In this document: positions 51,169 to 51,208 of the stretch, piece by piece
Layout of the letters: every line of letters starts with the position of its first letter
Position numbering within the stretch: the stretch's first letter is position 1
From: a virus
Strand: one strand, 5' to 3'
DNA: 51,208 nucleotides
IMG/VR virus record: IMGVR_UViG_3300014789_000001
Notes under the pieces: generated by a model
Databases searched by the model: none
What the model saw: only the letters and a program-made list of their open reading frames with translations
What the model was told of the DNA's origin: nothing
Program-made: the position numbers and the translations under genes

Positions 51169-51208
51169 GTTTTCACCTCCTTAAATGCCGGAATAGCCGC
51201 CCCCGAAG
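51114..51208. repeat. Terminal direct repeat, copy 2 (identical to 1..95)
   Basis: Exact 95-bp match to the window start. This is most simply a circular-assembly overlap. Confidence 0.9.

Larger units (their letters stand above)
1..51208. mobile_element. Complete temperate contractile-tailed phage / excised prophage genome (circular contig)
   Basis: The window holds a full set of lysogeny, replication, packaging, head, contractile tail, baseplate and lysis genes, and its two ends are identical over 95 bp. Confidence 0.85.

Noticed and set aside
1-51208. A search by eye for tRNA, rRNA, CRISPR arrays, transposase/IS elements and toxin-antitoxin pairs.
   Set aside because: I recognised none. 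The only repeat families found are the terminal 95-bp overlap, the TR/VR set and the short att-region motifs. A tRNAscan/Infernal run would be needed to exclude small RNAs.

Overview
The window is a complete, circularly closed genome of a GC-rich temperate phage or excised prophage. The first 95 bp (1..95) are identical to the last 95 bp (51114..51208), so the unique length is about 51.1 kb. Strong AAGGAGG-type ribosome-binding sites and Firmicutes-type genes (RecU, G39P-like loader, SleB-like hydrolase, LL-H holin, ArpU-like regulator) suggest a high-GC Clostridia-type host; this is inference. Almost all genes are on the minus strand. Going down in coordinates they are: an early/replication-recombination block (32605 -> 15116); a late block opening with two ParB-like genes, a GT-A-like protein and a radical SAM enzyme (14959 -> 11732); then terminase, a portal-MuF fusion, protease, HK97-type capsid, connectors, sheath, tube and chaperones (11724 -> 102). 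After the circular junction come the tape measure, a P2/PBSX-like baseplate, the tail fibre, a diversity-generating retroelement (DGR), carbohydrate-binding and SH3 proteins, and the lysis cassette (51168 -> 36018). A four-gene lysogeny module sits on the plus strand (32786..35647): cI-like repressor, small Zn-ribbon protein, NucS-like nuclease-domain protein, tyrosine integrase. A candidate attP lies next to it. The main finding is the DGR: Avd-like gene, a 108-bp template repeat (TR) made largely of AAC codons, a DGR-type reverse transcriptase, and two variable repeats (VRs). VR1 is adjacent, inside a 568-aa tail-fibre-like protein. VR2 is about 22 kb away in the early region, inside a 287-aa protein that joins the same variable ligand-binding fold to a C-terminal MazG-like nucleotide pyrophosphohydrolase-like domain. 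Every TR/VR mismatch I aligned by hand falls on a TR adenine. Other points of interest are a fused SbcD-SbcC protein, a possible DNA-modification cluster ahead of the terminase, a G10 tract in a leader mini-ORF, a frame discontinuity in an early gene, and a +1-frame tail-chaperone overlap. All family assignments rest on motifs recognised by eye; no database search was run.
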